This document shows positions 24,526 through 34,002 of a stretch of 55,247 bases of DNA, one piece after another; within the stretch, counting starts at the first letter, position 1, and the number at the start of each line of letters is the position of its first letter. Below the pieces are notes generated by a model, which was not told the origin of the DNA, searched no databases, and was given only the letters and a program-made list of their open reading frames with translations. Origin of the DNA: Candidatus Amesbacteria bacterium RIFCSPLOWO2_01_FULL_49_25 (GTDB lineage: Bacteria > Patescibacteriota > Microgenomatia > CAZETR01 > Amesbacteraceae); NCBI GenBank assembly GCA_001773725.1, contig MEXP01000027.1, forward strand, positions 1 through 55,247. The letters are read 5' to 3'. The translations under genes and the position numbers were made by a program.

Positions 24526-26373
24526 TTAGGCTAGCGAAAGAAATGCTTGTTCTAGATTCCGGGTGTAGCTTTTAGTATCAAATAATGGCCTTGATTTTCG
24601 ATTCAGGATTAATGATTTACGAATAGCGGCTAACTTTGGGGGGTGGGTGGCAAGGTCGACGGCCAATTCCTCATACTCCTTTTTGTTTTTGGCGATTAAT
24701 TGGGGTAGTCCGGCGGCCGTTAATGCAGAGGCGGAGACTCGAGAGGCGAAGTGGTGCCCTAGGATGGTAATTACGGGCACACCTGCCCACAGACAATCAA
24801 CAGTGGTAGTGTGGCCGTTGACGATATGCGTGTCTAAGACCAGATTGGCCAGACCAATCCGGGCTAAGTGATTCGCCTTGGGCATTTTGGCGGCGACGAT
24901 AATTTTATCTTTTGGCAAGCCCCTGGCTGCGGCTTCGTCAAGCAGGGTGCGGGTGATGACCGGATGGGGGGAGTACAACCAGAGGACGCTGTCTGGCACT
25001 TGGTGGAGAATCCTTGCCCAGGCGTCGAACATATCGGGCTCGATTTTGTAGGGGGTATTGAATGAGGCGAAGACGAATTTGTCTTGGGGCAGACCAAAGT
25101 CCTGTCTACTAAATTTTAAACTGGGAATTTTGAGTTTGTTGTCCGTGGGTCGGTAGCTGTGGGGGAGATAAATGACTTTTTCGCTATAGTATTTTTGGGA
25201 AGAAGGCGGGAGGACTACACGATCGGCAATCAGATAGTCTATAAATGCGGCGCCGGTGGTGCCTGGAAAGCCTAAGTAGGCTACTTGGATGGGGGCGGGC
25301 CGGTAGGCAAATATTTTTAACCTCGAGTCGTGGGTATGACCTTTTAAATCGACCAGGACATCGATCCCAAGCCGATTGATGAGCTTGGCGGCGCTTAAGT
25401 CGGAAAGTTTTCTAATGTCAATGAAATGGTCGACCGCGCTGGAAATTCTTTTTTGCCAAGCGCTTCGGTCATTGATGCCGTGGGAGAAAGCAAAGATTTC
25501 AAATAGCTGTTTATTGTGGTTTTCTAAAACTCCGACTATATTCTGGCCGGTGGGAAAATCTCTAAATCCATTCGAAATATAGCCAATTTTTAACTTTGGC
25601 CCCCTAGTTTTTTTATAGTGAGATTTGACATTTTTTTGTATTTGTTTGAGGAGGTTGTCGCTGACGGCTTTGGCAATCTTGAGGTTTTGAGCTTCGTCGT
25701 CTGAGCGGAGAATATTATTGAAAGCGGACTCGATTGGCTGGTCGGTTTTGGCTATCAGTTGGTCTAATTCTTGTGATGTTTTTTGTAAATCTTTCCAGAG
25801 GCTGAGTTTTTTCTGGACGTAAATAAGCGGAGCCCGGGGTTCGGCATACTGGACTTTTACGTCCAGTTTGACGGCCTGGGACAATAGCTTGTAGGCCTTG
25901 ACCAAATCTCCTCCTTCCAAGTAGGCGTTGCCCAAGTTGTTGCAATAAATAATGTTCTCCGGTTCGGCCTTGTGGGCCAGGGATAGATACTTAATGGCCA
26001 GTTTGGGTTTTTTTAATGTGAGGCAGGCGTTGCCGATGTTGTTGTAGATAGCCGAATTTTGGGGATCCAAATTGAGGGCTTTTTGATAGGCTTTGAGCGC
26101 CAGCTCATACTTGCCGATCTCGAAGTAAGCGACTCCCAAATTGACCAGGTACGTGGCCGATGAGGGGCCATATTCAACGGCTTGGAGGTAGTTTTTTATA
26201 GACTCGTCGAGATGGCCGGTTTCCTTGAAGGCTAGCCCCAGGTTGTAATAGGCATTGGCCAAGCCAGGGTTTACAGAAATGGCAAGCTGAAAGTATTCGA
26301 TGGCCTCGGTCAGTTGACCGGAATTGGCTAGGCGGATGCCCAGACTATTGTAATAATCGGCTTTGGTTGACAT
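24526..26373 (-). CDS. TPR + GT41 (OGT/SPINDLY-like) glycosyltransferase, paralog 1
   Basis: TPRs; IGYISNGFRDFPT, DLKGHT, RPAPIQVAYLGFPGTTG, FNTPYKI, LDTHIVNGHTTTVDCLWAGVP, ASRVSAS. Confidence 0.92.
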   Translation of the reverse strand: MSTKADYYNSLGIRLANSGQLTEAIEYFQLAISVNPGLANAYYNLGLAFKETGHLDESIKNYLQAVEYGPSSATYLVNLGVAYFEIGKYELALKAYQKALNLDPQNSAIYNNIGNACLTLKKPKLAIKYLSLAHKAEPENIIYCNNLGNAYLEGGDLVKAYKLLSQAVKLDVKVQYAEPRAPLIYVQKKLSLWKDLQKTSQELDQLIAKTDQPIESAFNNILRSDDEAQNLKIAKAVSDNLLKQIQKNVKSHYKKTRGPKLKIGYISNGFRDFPTGQNIVGVLENHNKQLFEIFAFSHGINDRSAWQKRISSAVDHFIDIRKLSDLSAAKLINRLGIDVLVDLKGHTHDSRLKIFAYRPAPIQVAYLGFPGTTGAAFIDYLIADRVVLPPSSQKYYSEKVIYLPHSYRPTDNKLKIPSLKFSRQDFGLPQDKFVFASFNTPYKIEPDMFDAWARILHQVPDSVLWLYSPHPVITRTLLDEAAARGLPKDKIIVAAKMPKANHLARIGLANLVLDTHIVNGHTTTVDCLWAGVPVITILGHHFASRVSASALTAAGLPQLIAKNKKEYEELAVDLATHPPKLAAIRKSLILNRKSRPLFDTKSYTRNLEQAFLSLA

Positions 26374-28168
26374 TGATGGACCAGATGGTGGAATAAGCTT
26401 TTTCTAAATCCCTGGTATAGGTGCGGGTATCGAATAAGGGTTTGGTTTTAATGTTTTTTTGAAGTTTGATTTTGAGCCGGCGCAATTTTTGCGGGTGAGT
26501 TGCCAGGTCAGTTGCCAATTTGGCGTAGTCTTTTAAATTTGGGGTAACTAACTCGCTGAGTCCAACGGCCGTTAGAACACTTTGGGATACCCGGGAAGCA
26601 AAATGACTGCCTTCGGTTGTGATTACGGGTACGCCGGCCCAGAGACAATCGACGGTGGTGGTGTGGCCATTGACGGGGGTTGTGTCCAAGGCAATGTCGC
26701 CAAGACCAACCCGGGCTAAATGAAATTCTTTTGGCAGTCGGGTGGCAAAAATAATCCGATCGGGGAGGATACCCAGATCTTTTGCCTGGGCATGAAGGTT
26801 GGTATTTGTGTCGGAATTGGTACTAAACAACCACAGGACGCTTTTGGGAACTGCTTTGAGAATTTTCATCCAAGCCAGAAATACTTCTTCCTCAATTTTG
26901 TAGGGCATATTAAATGATGAAAAAACTATGGCGGTTGCAGGGAGTCCAAAGTCCCGGCGAGAGTATTTGGCAGAGGACACATGCGGGTGGGCGTCGGCGG
27001 GCCTGTAGGAGAAGGGCAGATAGATGATTCTTTCGCTATAAAATTTCTTCTGGGAGGGGGGGATGACGATTTGGTCGGCAATTAAATAGTCTATAAATGG
27101 AGCGCCGGTTGTGCCGGGAAAACCGAGGTATGAGATTTGGACTGGGGCTGGCCGGAGGGCAAATATTTCCAGTTTGTTGGCCTCGGTGTGACCTTTAAGA
27201 TCGATGAGGATGTCAATCTTTTCTTCATGAATCTTTTTAGCGGCCTCGACAAATGAAAGACTGGACAGGTCTGAGAGATGGTCTACAGCCTGGCTGATTC
27301 TTTGTCTCCAATTGGTTTCGTCGCTGGCTCCGAAGCTGAAGGCGGTAACGTGGAACTGGCGGCGGTCGTGATTTTCCAATACCCCGATGAGATTGTGGGA
27401 GGTAGGGAAGTCCCGAAACCCGTTGGACAGATAGCCGATTTTGATTTGGCGGGGCGAGGGCTCTTGGGAAAATTTGAACCTGAGTTCTTGCTTGGCTTTG
27501 GCCATGGTGTGGTCAATAAATTGCCCCCATGACTTAGCTACGTGGTAATTAATTTTCGGGTCGGCCACTCGGACAATATTTAAAAAGGGAGGTTCAATTG
27601 ACTTTTCACCCCTTTTTAATTCATCGTTGATTATTTGATTTAGTTTGATGCCGGCTTGCCTGGCTTCCCGCCAGAGACATAAATATCTGAGAGTGTGGTA
27701 GAGGAGGTGGTGGGCTTTGTCGTAATTGGGATTTTTTTCGAGGGCTTTATTTAATTGGGCCAGGGCTTGGGTGTAGTCACCTTTTTTGGAAAATACCGTG
27801 GCTAGGGTGTATAGAGCTTGTTCAAAACCGGGATCCAGGGAGAGAGCGTGGTTTAGATAGCCTTGAGCTAGGTCTAATTTTTCGAGTCGGGCATAGGCGA
27901 CGCCCATGTTGTTGAATATGGCCGGGTGGTTGAAGAACTTACCGATGAGCCCGTTATAGTGGTCGATTGCCTGGGTGAATTGACCCCTGGCAATCATTAT
28001 TACTCCCAGGTTAATTTGGGAGAGCAAGTTTAGCTGGGCCAGAGTGAGCAGGGGATCGTCGGAAATCGCATCTTGATACATTTGTTCCGCCTCATCCAAT
28101 CGACCGGCGTTTTGCAAGATGACTCCCTGGTTGTATTTGCTGGTAATTTTAGAAATTTTATTTTGCAT
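26345..28168 (-). CDS. TPR + GT41 glycosyltransferase, paralog 2
   Basis: Same GT41 motif set (SNGFRDFPT, FNMPYKI, NGHTTTVD). Confidence 0.92.
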   Translation of the reverse strand: MQNKISKITSKYNQGVILQNAGRLDEAEQMYQDAISDDPLLTLAQLNLLSQINLGVIMIARGQFTQAIDHYNGLIGKFFNHPAIFNNMGVAYARLEKLDLAQGYLNHALSLDPGFEQALYTLATVFSKKGDYTQALAQLNKALEKNPNYDKAHHLLYHTLRYLCLWREARQAGIKLNQIINDELKRGEKSIEPPFLNIVRVADPKINYHVAKSWGQFIDHTMAKAKQELRFKFSQEPSPRQIKIGYLSNGFRDFPTSHNLIGVLENHDRRQFHVTAFSFGASDETNWRQRISQAVDHLSDLSSLSFVEAAKKIHEEKIDILIDLKGHTEANKLEIFALRPAPVQISYLGFPGTTGAPFIDYLIADQIVIPPSQKKFYSERIIYLPFSYRPADAHPHVSSAKYSRRDFGLPATAIVFSSFNMPYKIEEEVFLAWMKILKAVPKSVLWLFSTNSDTNTNLHAQAKDLGILPDRIIFATRLPKEFHLARVGLGDIALDTTPVNGHTTTVDCLWAGVPVITTEGSHFASRVSQSVLTAVGLSELVTPNLKDYAKLATDLATHPQKLRRLKIKLQKNIKTKPLFDTRTYTRDLEKAYSTIWSINVNQSRLLQ

Positions 28169-29861
28169 ATTCCCGCCAGATCTGAAAATATACCTTTTCT
28201 AAATGTTTAGTAAAGCCTGGAGTGTCAAATAGGGGATATGATTTTTTATTAATTTTTAATTTCGAATTTCTAATTTCTAATTCGTCTGGGTGTGTGGCTA
28301 GCCTGACAGCTAAGTCTTCATATTCTTTTAGAGAATGGGTGATGAGTTTGGGGAGGCCGATGGCTGACAGTGCGCTGGCGGACACGCGCGAGGCGAAATG
28401 GCGGCCTAAGATGGTAATTACTGGTACTCCTGCCCAGAGGGCGTCGACCGTAGTCGTATGTCCGCCTACTGGGTGGGTATCCAACATTAAATTCGCCATT
28501 TTCATCCGGGCCAAATGTTGGGGCTTGGGAAGATTTTTGGTAAATATGATACGACTCGGATTTATTCCAAGTTTTTTGGCCCAGGCTCGCAAATTTTTAT
28601 TGGCCGAAGCGCTTGCATGCAGCTGCCAGAGAATACTGTTTGGTACCCGTTTTAATATGTTCATCCAGCTGGTGAAGACTTGAGGAGTTATTTTGTAGGG
28701 TAAATTGAATGAGCCAAAAACAATGCCATCTTTTCGGGGAGGAGTAAATTTTTGTGTGGAAATGGGCGCTTTATTATCTGTGGCCCGGTAACAATCGGGT
28801 AGGTAGATGACCTTTTCTGAATAGTATTTTCGGGCAGACGCAGGGATAACTGTCTTATCGGCGATTAAATAATCCATAAAACCCGCTCCGGTGGTTCCGG
28901 GAAAGCCTAAATAAGAAACTTGAATTGGGGCAGGCCGCAAGGTGAAAATCTCTATCCGATTGTCGGCAGTGTAGCCCTTTAAGTCTACCAGAATATCAAT
29001 GTTCTGGTCGTAAATCATCTGGGAGGCTTGGACATGACTGGCTTGGGTGATGTCGATAAATTTGCGGCAGGCTTTGATAATTCTTTTGCGATACAAACTG
29101 TGATCGTCGGGCCCATATGAAAAGGCAAAGGCTTGGACGCGGGGGGAGTGGTTTTCTAAAACTCCGACCAGGTTGTGTCCGGTGGGGAAGTCGCAAAATC
29201 CGTTTGAGACATAGCCTATCCGCAGGGGATGGGTAAGGGCCGCTTTTTTGAATACAAAGGCCGGTTTTTGGAAGGACTGCCTTTTTTCGATCTTATCACT
29301 CCAACTTTTAGCCACCTGGAAGTTTATTTTGGGGTCTTCGCACCTGACGATATTGGTGAAAGGAGTATCAGCGGAGGGGGTATCTAAATTGTCCCAATCG
29401 CATATTTCTCTTTTTAATCCGTATAAAAAACTTTGGGTTTGCTGATCCCGGGGGTTTATCTTAAGCGCTTTTTGGTAATAATCCTTAGCCTGGGTTAGTT
29501 TTCCTTGATCGTGATAAAGAGTCCCGAGGCTGCTTAAGGCTTTGGCGTATTGGGGGTTAATTTTTAAAGCGGCCAGAAAATGTTTTTCCGAATCCGGATA
29601 TCTTTTGGTAATTTTGTAAATGGCGGCTAGGTTGACATGAGCTTCGGCTATATTGGGGTTTAATTTGATGGCATTCAGAAATTCGTCTCGGGCAGGAAGA
29701 TATCTGCCCAAATTTAAATACATGGTGCCCAAGTTGTTGTGGGCGGGGGCGAAATCGGGGTCAAGACTGAGAGCATGACTAAAGCGCCTGATGGCCTCGG
29801 GGTAGTTGCCCAAGGAGTAATATTTCAAACCTAAATTATTTAGTGTTTGCGGGTTGTCCAT
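28158..29861 (-). CDS. TPR + GT41 glycosyltransferase, paralog 3
   Basis: SNGFCDFPT, FNLPYKI, GGHTTTVD. Confidence 0.92.
   Translation of the reverse strand: MDNPQTLNNLGLKYYSLGNYPEAIRRFSHALSLDPDFAPAHNNLGTMYLNLGRYLPARDEFLNAIKLNPNIAEAHVNLAAIYKITKRYPDSEKHFLAALKINPQYAKALSSLGTLYHDQGKLTQAKDYYQKALKINPRDQQTQSFLYGLKREICDWDNLDTPSADTPFTNIVRCEDPKINFQVAKSWSDKIEKRQSFQKPAFVFKKAALTHPLRIGYVSNGFCDFPTGHNLVGVLENHSPRVQAFAFSYGPDDHSLYRKRIIKACRKFIDITQASHVQASQMIYDQNIDILVDLKGYTADNRIEIFTLRPAPIQVSYLGFPGTTGAGFMDYLIADKTVIPASARKYYSEKVIYLPDCYRATDNKAPISTQKFTPPRKDGIVFGSFNLPYKITPQVFTSWMNILKRVPNSILWQLHASASANKNLRAWAKKLGINPSRIIFTKNLPKPQHLARMKMANLMLDTHPVGGHTTTVDALWAGVPVITILGRHFASRVSASALSAIGLPKLITHSLKEYEDLAVRLATHPDELEIRNSKLKINKKSYPLFDTPGFTKHLEKVYFQIWREYAK
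28219..28364. repeat. 146-nt near-identical segment shared with 31988-32133
   Basis: Two mismatches over 146 nt; 118 nt are perfectly identical (28231-28348 = 32000-32117). Confidence 0.9.
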
Positions 29862-31924
29862 ATCTTTATGTACGCTTTTTCCAATTCCCGGGTGTATTTT
29901 TCGGTGTCAAACAAGGGTGATGATTTTATGTTTTGTTTAAGTCTATCTTTGAGTTTGCACAGTTTGTCGGGGTGGGCGGCTAAGTCAACAGCCACGCGCT
30001 GGTATTCTTTTAAATTTTTAGTTATAAGTTGAGGCAGGTTGATGGCGGTAAGCACACTCGCAGACACCCGCGAGGAAAAGTTTTTACCCAGCAGGGTAAC
30101 CACGGGCAGTCCCGCCCATAACGCGTCGACCGTAGTGGTATGACCATTGCAGGGGAATGTATCAAGAGCCAAATCTGCCAGTCTAAGGCGGGCTAAATGG
30201 TCCTCTTTTTTGGCATTTCCGGCAAACAAAATTCTTTGAGGGCTGATACCGCGGCGAACGGCTTCGTGTTTCAAATTAGTTTTAGCCAGATCGGTGGTAC
30301 ACCATTGCCAAAGTATAGAGCGCGGAACTGTTTTTAAAACTTTCATCCATACTCCAAACAGCTCTTTGGTGATCTTGTAAGTTTGATTAAATGAAGCGAT
30401 GACCAGTGAGTCCGGGGGTAAATTGAAATCGGACCGTTTAAATTTGTGAACACTTGCCCCTACTTGGTTATCGGTGGCTCGATAACTGATAGGTAAGTAA
30501 ACAATTTTTTCAGTAAAGAATTTTTGTGATTTTTCCGGGATAACTATGCGGTCAGCTATCATATAGTCTAAAAAGCCGGCTCCGGTTGTGCCGGGGAAGC
30601 CCAAGTAGGCTACTTGAATGGGGGCCGGCCGGTAGGCAAATATTTCCAGTCGATTCCCCCTGGTATAGCCTTTGAGATCGACTAAAATATTGATCTTGTC
30701 GGTTAAAATTCTTTTGGCGGCGGCGGCAAACTCTAAGTGGGAAATGTCAATAAATTTATCGGCAGTTTTTATAATTCTATCCCGATACACGCTTTTATCG
30801 TCCGGCCCGTGGGAATAAAGATAAATCTCAAATTGGCTGCGGTCGTGCAGTTCAAAGACGCGGGTAATGTTGTGGGCGGTGGGAAATTCGCGAAATCCGT
30901 CTGATACATATCCGATCCTGATTTTCTTATGCTTAATCCAGATTTTTGGGAAAATTAATTTGACGGGTGAAACTTCTATTTCATTACTCCAAGCTTTGGC
31001 TACTTGGAGATTTTTGGCCGGGTCGTCATCGTTGATGACGGAAAAAAAGGGAGTTTCCCCGGGGCGTCTATTTTGTTTGAGAGAGGCATTGGTATGGTTT
31101 TTCAGGTTTTTTTGGACATTTGTAAGCTCGTCCCACTGACAAGCCTGCTTGAGGGCGTAAGCAAAGTTGCCCTCGCTCTGGCCAAAATCGGGATTGACTT
31201 GTAAGGATTTTCTAAAGCAGTTGAGTGCTTCCTGAAGATTTCCCTGCGACTCATAGATGATGCCCATATTGTTGTGCACTTGGGCCAGGTCGGGCTTGAT
31301 TTCCAGACTTTTCTTGTACGATTCCAGGGCTTTTTCAGAGTCTCCTTTCATGCGCAGTACCAAGCCCAGATTGCCCATGGCTTCGGCAAACTCGGGCTTG
31401 ATTTGCAAAAGCTTTTGATAGACCTGAATTGCCTCGGAGAGCAGTTGGGAATTGTTGGTACTTGATCCCATGTTGGTCAAAAGAGTGGCTAAGTTGAAGT
31501 AAGCCTGACTGGATGTGGGATCAAGACTAATCGTTTGGGTAAAAAACTTTCGAGCTTTTTCCCAGCTGCCAATTTTTTTGTACAAGTTCCCCAGGGCCAG
31601 ACAAGCTTCACTGTCTTTTGGGTTCAGATTAATGGTCTGCCGGTAGGACGCGGCGGCTTGGGGATATTGTCTTAAAGATTCATAAAGACTGCCTAAATTG
31701 AAGTGGGCTGCCGTTTGGCGGGGATTTATTTTTAAAGCTTGTTTATATGCGGTGATTGCCGCTTGGGATTGGCCACGGCTTTGATAGGCGGCTCCCAAAT
31801 TGACATACACCTCGCCATAACCGGGATCGACTTGCAACGCTTTTTTGTAATTGGCAATTGCTTGCTGGTAGTCGCCTTTTAGGAAATAACCATACCCAGA
31901 CGAGAAATAATCTTTGGCGTTCAT
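29840..31924 (-). CDS. TPR + GT41 glycosyltransferase, paralog 4
   Basis: Start MNAKDYF at 31924 (ATGA overlap with paralog 5); SDGFREFPT, FNQTYKI, NGHTTTVD. Confidence 0.92.
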   Translation of the reverse strand: MNAKDYFSSGYGYFLKGDYQQAIANYKKALQVDPGYGEVYVNLGAAYQSRGQSQAAITAYKQALKINPRQTAAHFNLGSLYESLRQYPQAAASYRQTINLNPKDSEACLALGNLYKKIGSWEKARKFFTQTISLDPTSSQAYFNLATLLTNMGSSTNNSQLLSEAIQVYQKLLQIKPEFAEAMGNLGLVLRMKGDSEKALESYKKSLEIKPDLAQVHNNMGIIYESQGNLQEALNCFRKSLQVNPDFGQSEGNFAYALKQACQWDELTNVQKNLKNHTNASLKQNRRPGETPFFSVINDDDPAKNLQVAKAWSNEIEVSPVKLIFPKIWIKHKKIRIGYVSDGFREFPTAHNITRVFELHDRSQFEIYLYSHGPDDKSVYRDRIIKTADKFIDISHLEFAAAAKRILTDKINILVDLKGYTRGNRLEIFAYRPAPIQVAYLGFPGTTGAGFLDYMIADRIVIPEKSQKFFTEKIVYLPISYRATDNQVGASVHKFKRSDFNLPPDSLVIASFNQTYKITKELFGVWMKVLKTVPRSILWQWCTTDLAKTNLKHEAVRRGISPQRILFAGNAKKEDHLARLRLADLALDTFPCNGHTTTVDALWAGLPVVTLLGKNFSSRVSASVLTAINLPQLITKNLKEYQRVAVDLAAHPDKLCKLKDRLKQNIKSSPLFDTEKYTRELEKAYIKIWTTRKH

Positions 31925-34002
31925 TTTTTTCCTAAGTAATTTTCCCACATTTCCAAAAATTCCTTCTCTAGATTTCTGACAAAGTGGGGAGTGTCAAACA
32001 GGGGATATGATTTTTTATTAATTTTTAATTTCGAATTTCTAATTTCTAATTCGTCTGGGTGTGTGGCTAGCCTGACAGCTAAGTCTTCATATTCTTTTAG
32101 AGAATGGGTGATGAGTTCGGGGAGGCCGATGGCGGTAAGCAAGCTGGCTCCCATACGTGAAACATAGTGGTTTCCCAAGATGGTGATAATTGGCACACCA
32201 GACCACAGTAATTGGCTGGTAGTGGCGCCACCATTATAGGTTTGGGTGTCTAGGGCCAGATCGGCGTACTTAACTGCCGACATAAATTTGTCAAAAGGAA
32301 GCTGTCTGAAGAAGATCAATCTTTTGGGATTTATCCCAGATTGCAGGGTAAAGTCAGACAGATTTTTTTCGGCCACCTCGTTGTCGGCAAAGATCCATAA
32401 AACGCTATTGGGGACTCGGCCCAGAATTCTCATCCAGGTTACGAAGAGCGCCTGGTTGATACGGGAACTTCTATTAAACGAAGCAAAAGTAAATTTCGTG
32501 CCGGGCAGTTCCAGTTCTTTTTTGGTGACCTGTTGAGGAGTAAATTGCGGTGGAGTGTTTATCTGGTAACAATCGGGCATGAAAACTAGTTTTTCCTGGT
32601 AATACTTGGAAAATTGAGGGGGAACGAGTGTATGGTCTACTATTAGGTAATCAAAAAAGTTGGCTCCGGTGGTGCCAGGGAAACCTAGGTATGAAACTTG
32701 GATTGGAGCTGGTCGGTAAGAAAAAATTTCGACACGATTGGCTTTGGTAAAACCTTTTAGATCAATTAGGATGTCAATCTGGTCGGAGTTGATTTTTTGG
32801 GCTGATGCGGGGTGGTCTAAGGTGGTGATATCTACAAATTTGTCGCTGTACTTTTTGACTTGATTGGTATGAAAAGGATTGTTGGACCTGCCAAAATGGT
32901 AGGCGGAGACCTGGAATTTTTTCTTGTTGTGGAGTTTGAATAAATCCGTGATTAACGAGGCCACGGGCATATCCTCAAAATTGTTGACGTAGCCAATTTT
33001 GAGAAGGGATTTGGGTTTGCGATTACTAAAAGTGAACCTGACCGGCGATGAATCGGCGGCCGCTTCTATATCTTTGAACCAAAGTTTGGCCACTCTCAAA
33101 TTGAAGCCTGGGTCGTCTACGCGAGATATAGACAAGAAAGGGTCTTCTCCCGACTTTTTGCCAATTTTTAGAGCGGCATCAACTTGGACTTGGAGTCGGT
33201 GTTCAATCTCTTTCAATTTGGGCCAGTCACAAGTTAGGCGCAGTAAATCTGCCAAGTGAGCCAGGATGTAACTGTTTTGGGGATCGAGAGCTAAAACCTC
33301 ATTAAAATTATCTATGGCCTTGATAAATTTCCTTTGATCTTGGTACGTGGTGGCTAAATTTAGCAGGGCTTCTACATATTGAGGGTTGTTTTTTATGGCC
33401 TGCTTGTAGTAGTCTTCGGCGTCGTCCAGTCGCCCCAGCTGCTGATAGACACTGCCCAAATTGTTTTGGGCGTTAGCGTAATTGGGATTATTTTCTAAAG
33501 CTTTTTTGAAGTAGGGGACGGATTTGAACAGCTGACCCTTTTTACTTAGGGCGACCCCCAAATTATTATTGGCACTAATATTCTCCGGATCCATCAGGGT
33601 GGCTTTGTAGAACAGTTCAATTGCTTCGTCGATCCGATTTTGGTATTGCAAAGTCACGCCTAAGTTGAGCAAGGCATTAATTTGGTTGGGATTGAGTTGA
33701 AGCGATTGATTGAAAGCCTTTTCCGCTTTTTGATAATCCTCCAAACTTAGGTACAGGGTGCCTAAATTAAAATGGGTTTCAAAATCTTTCGGGTTTAACT
33801 TAAGGGATTGATCGAAAGTGTTTAACGCGGCTTTTAGATCCCCCTGAATTTGATATGCAACCCCCAGATTGTAATATCCATCTACGTTGGCAGGGTTGGC
33901 TTTGACAGCTTTTTTGAATTCGCTAATTGCGCCTTCCAGGTCCCCTGTGGAATATAGATTTGCTCCTCTATCTATATGAATGTCGGCTTTGGCTTTGTTC
34001 AT
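31921..34002 (-). CDS. TPR + GT41 glycosyltransferase, paralog 5 (divergent active site)
   Basis: Start MNKAK at 34002; IGYVNNFEDMPV, FNRSSRI, YNGGATTSQ. Confidence 0.9.
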   Translation of the reverse strand: MNKAKADIHIDRGANLYSTGDLEGAISEFKKAVKANPANVDGYYNLGVAYQIQGDLKAALNTFDQSLKLNPKDFETHFNLGTLYLSLEDYQKAEKAFNQSLQLNPNQINALLNLGVTLQYQNRIDEAIELFYKATLMDPENISANNNLGVALSKKGQLFKSVPYFKKALENNPNYANAQNNLGSVYQQLGRLDDAEDYYKQAIKNNPQYVEALLNLATTYQDQRKFIKAIDNFNEVLALDPQNSYILAHLADLLRLTCDWPKLKEIEHRLQVQVDAALKIGKKSGEDPFLSISRVDDPGFNLRVAKLWFKDIEAAADSSPVRFTFSNRKPKSLLKIGYVNNFEDMPVASLITDLFKLHNKKKFQVSAYHFGRSNNPFHTNQVKKYSDKFVDITTLDHPASAQKINSDQIDILIDLKGFTKANRVEIFSYRPAPIQVSYLGFPGTTGANFFDYLIVDHTLVPPQFSKYYQEKLVFMPDCYQINTPPQFTPQQVTKKELELPGTKFTFASFNRSSRINQALFVTWMRILGRVPNSVLWIFADNEVAEKNLSDFTLQSGINPKRLIFFRQLPFDKFMSAVKYADLALDTQTYNGGATTSQLLWSGVPIITILGNHYVSRMGASLLTAIGLPELITHSLKEYEDLAVRLATHPDELEIRNSKLKINKKSYPLFDTPHFVRNLEKEFLEMWENYLGKK
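31988..32133. repeat. second copy of the 146-nt segment (see 28219-28364)
   Basis: Direct comparison, offset 3769 nt. Confidence 0.9.
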
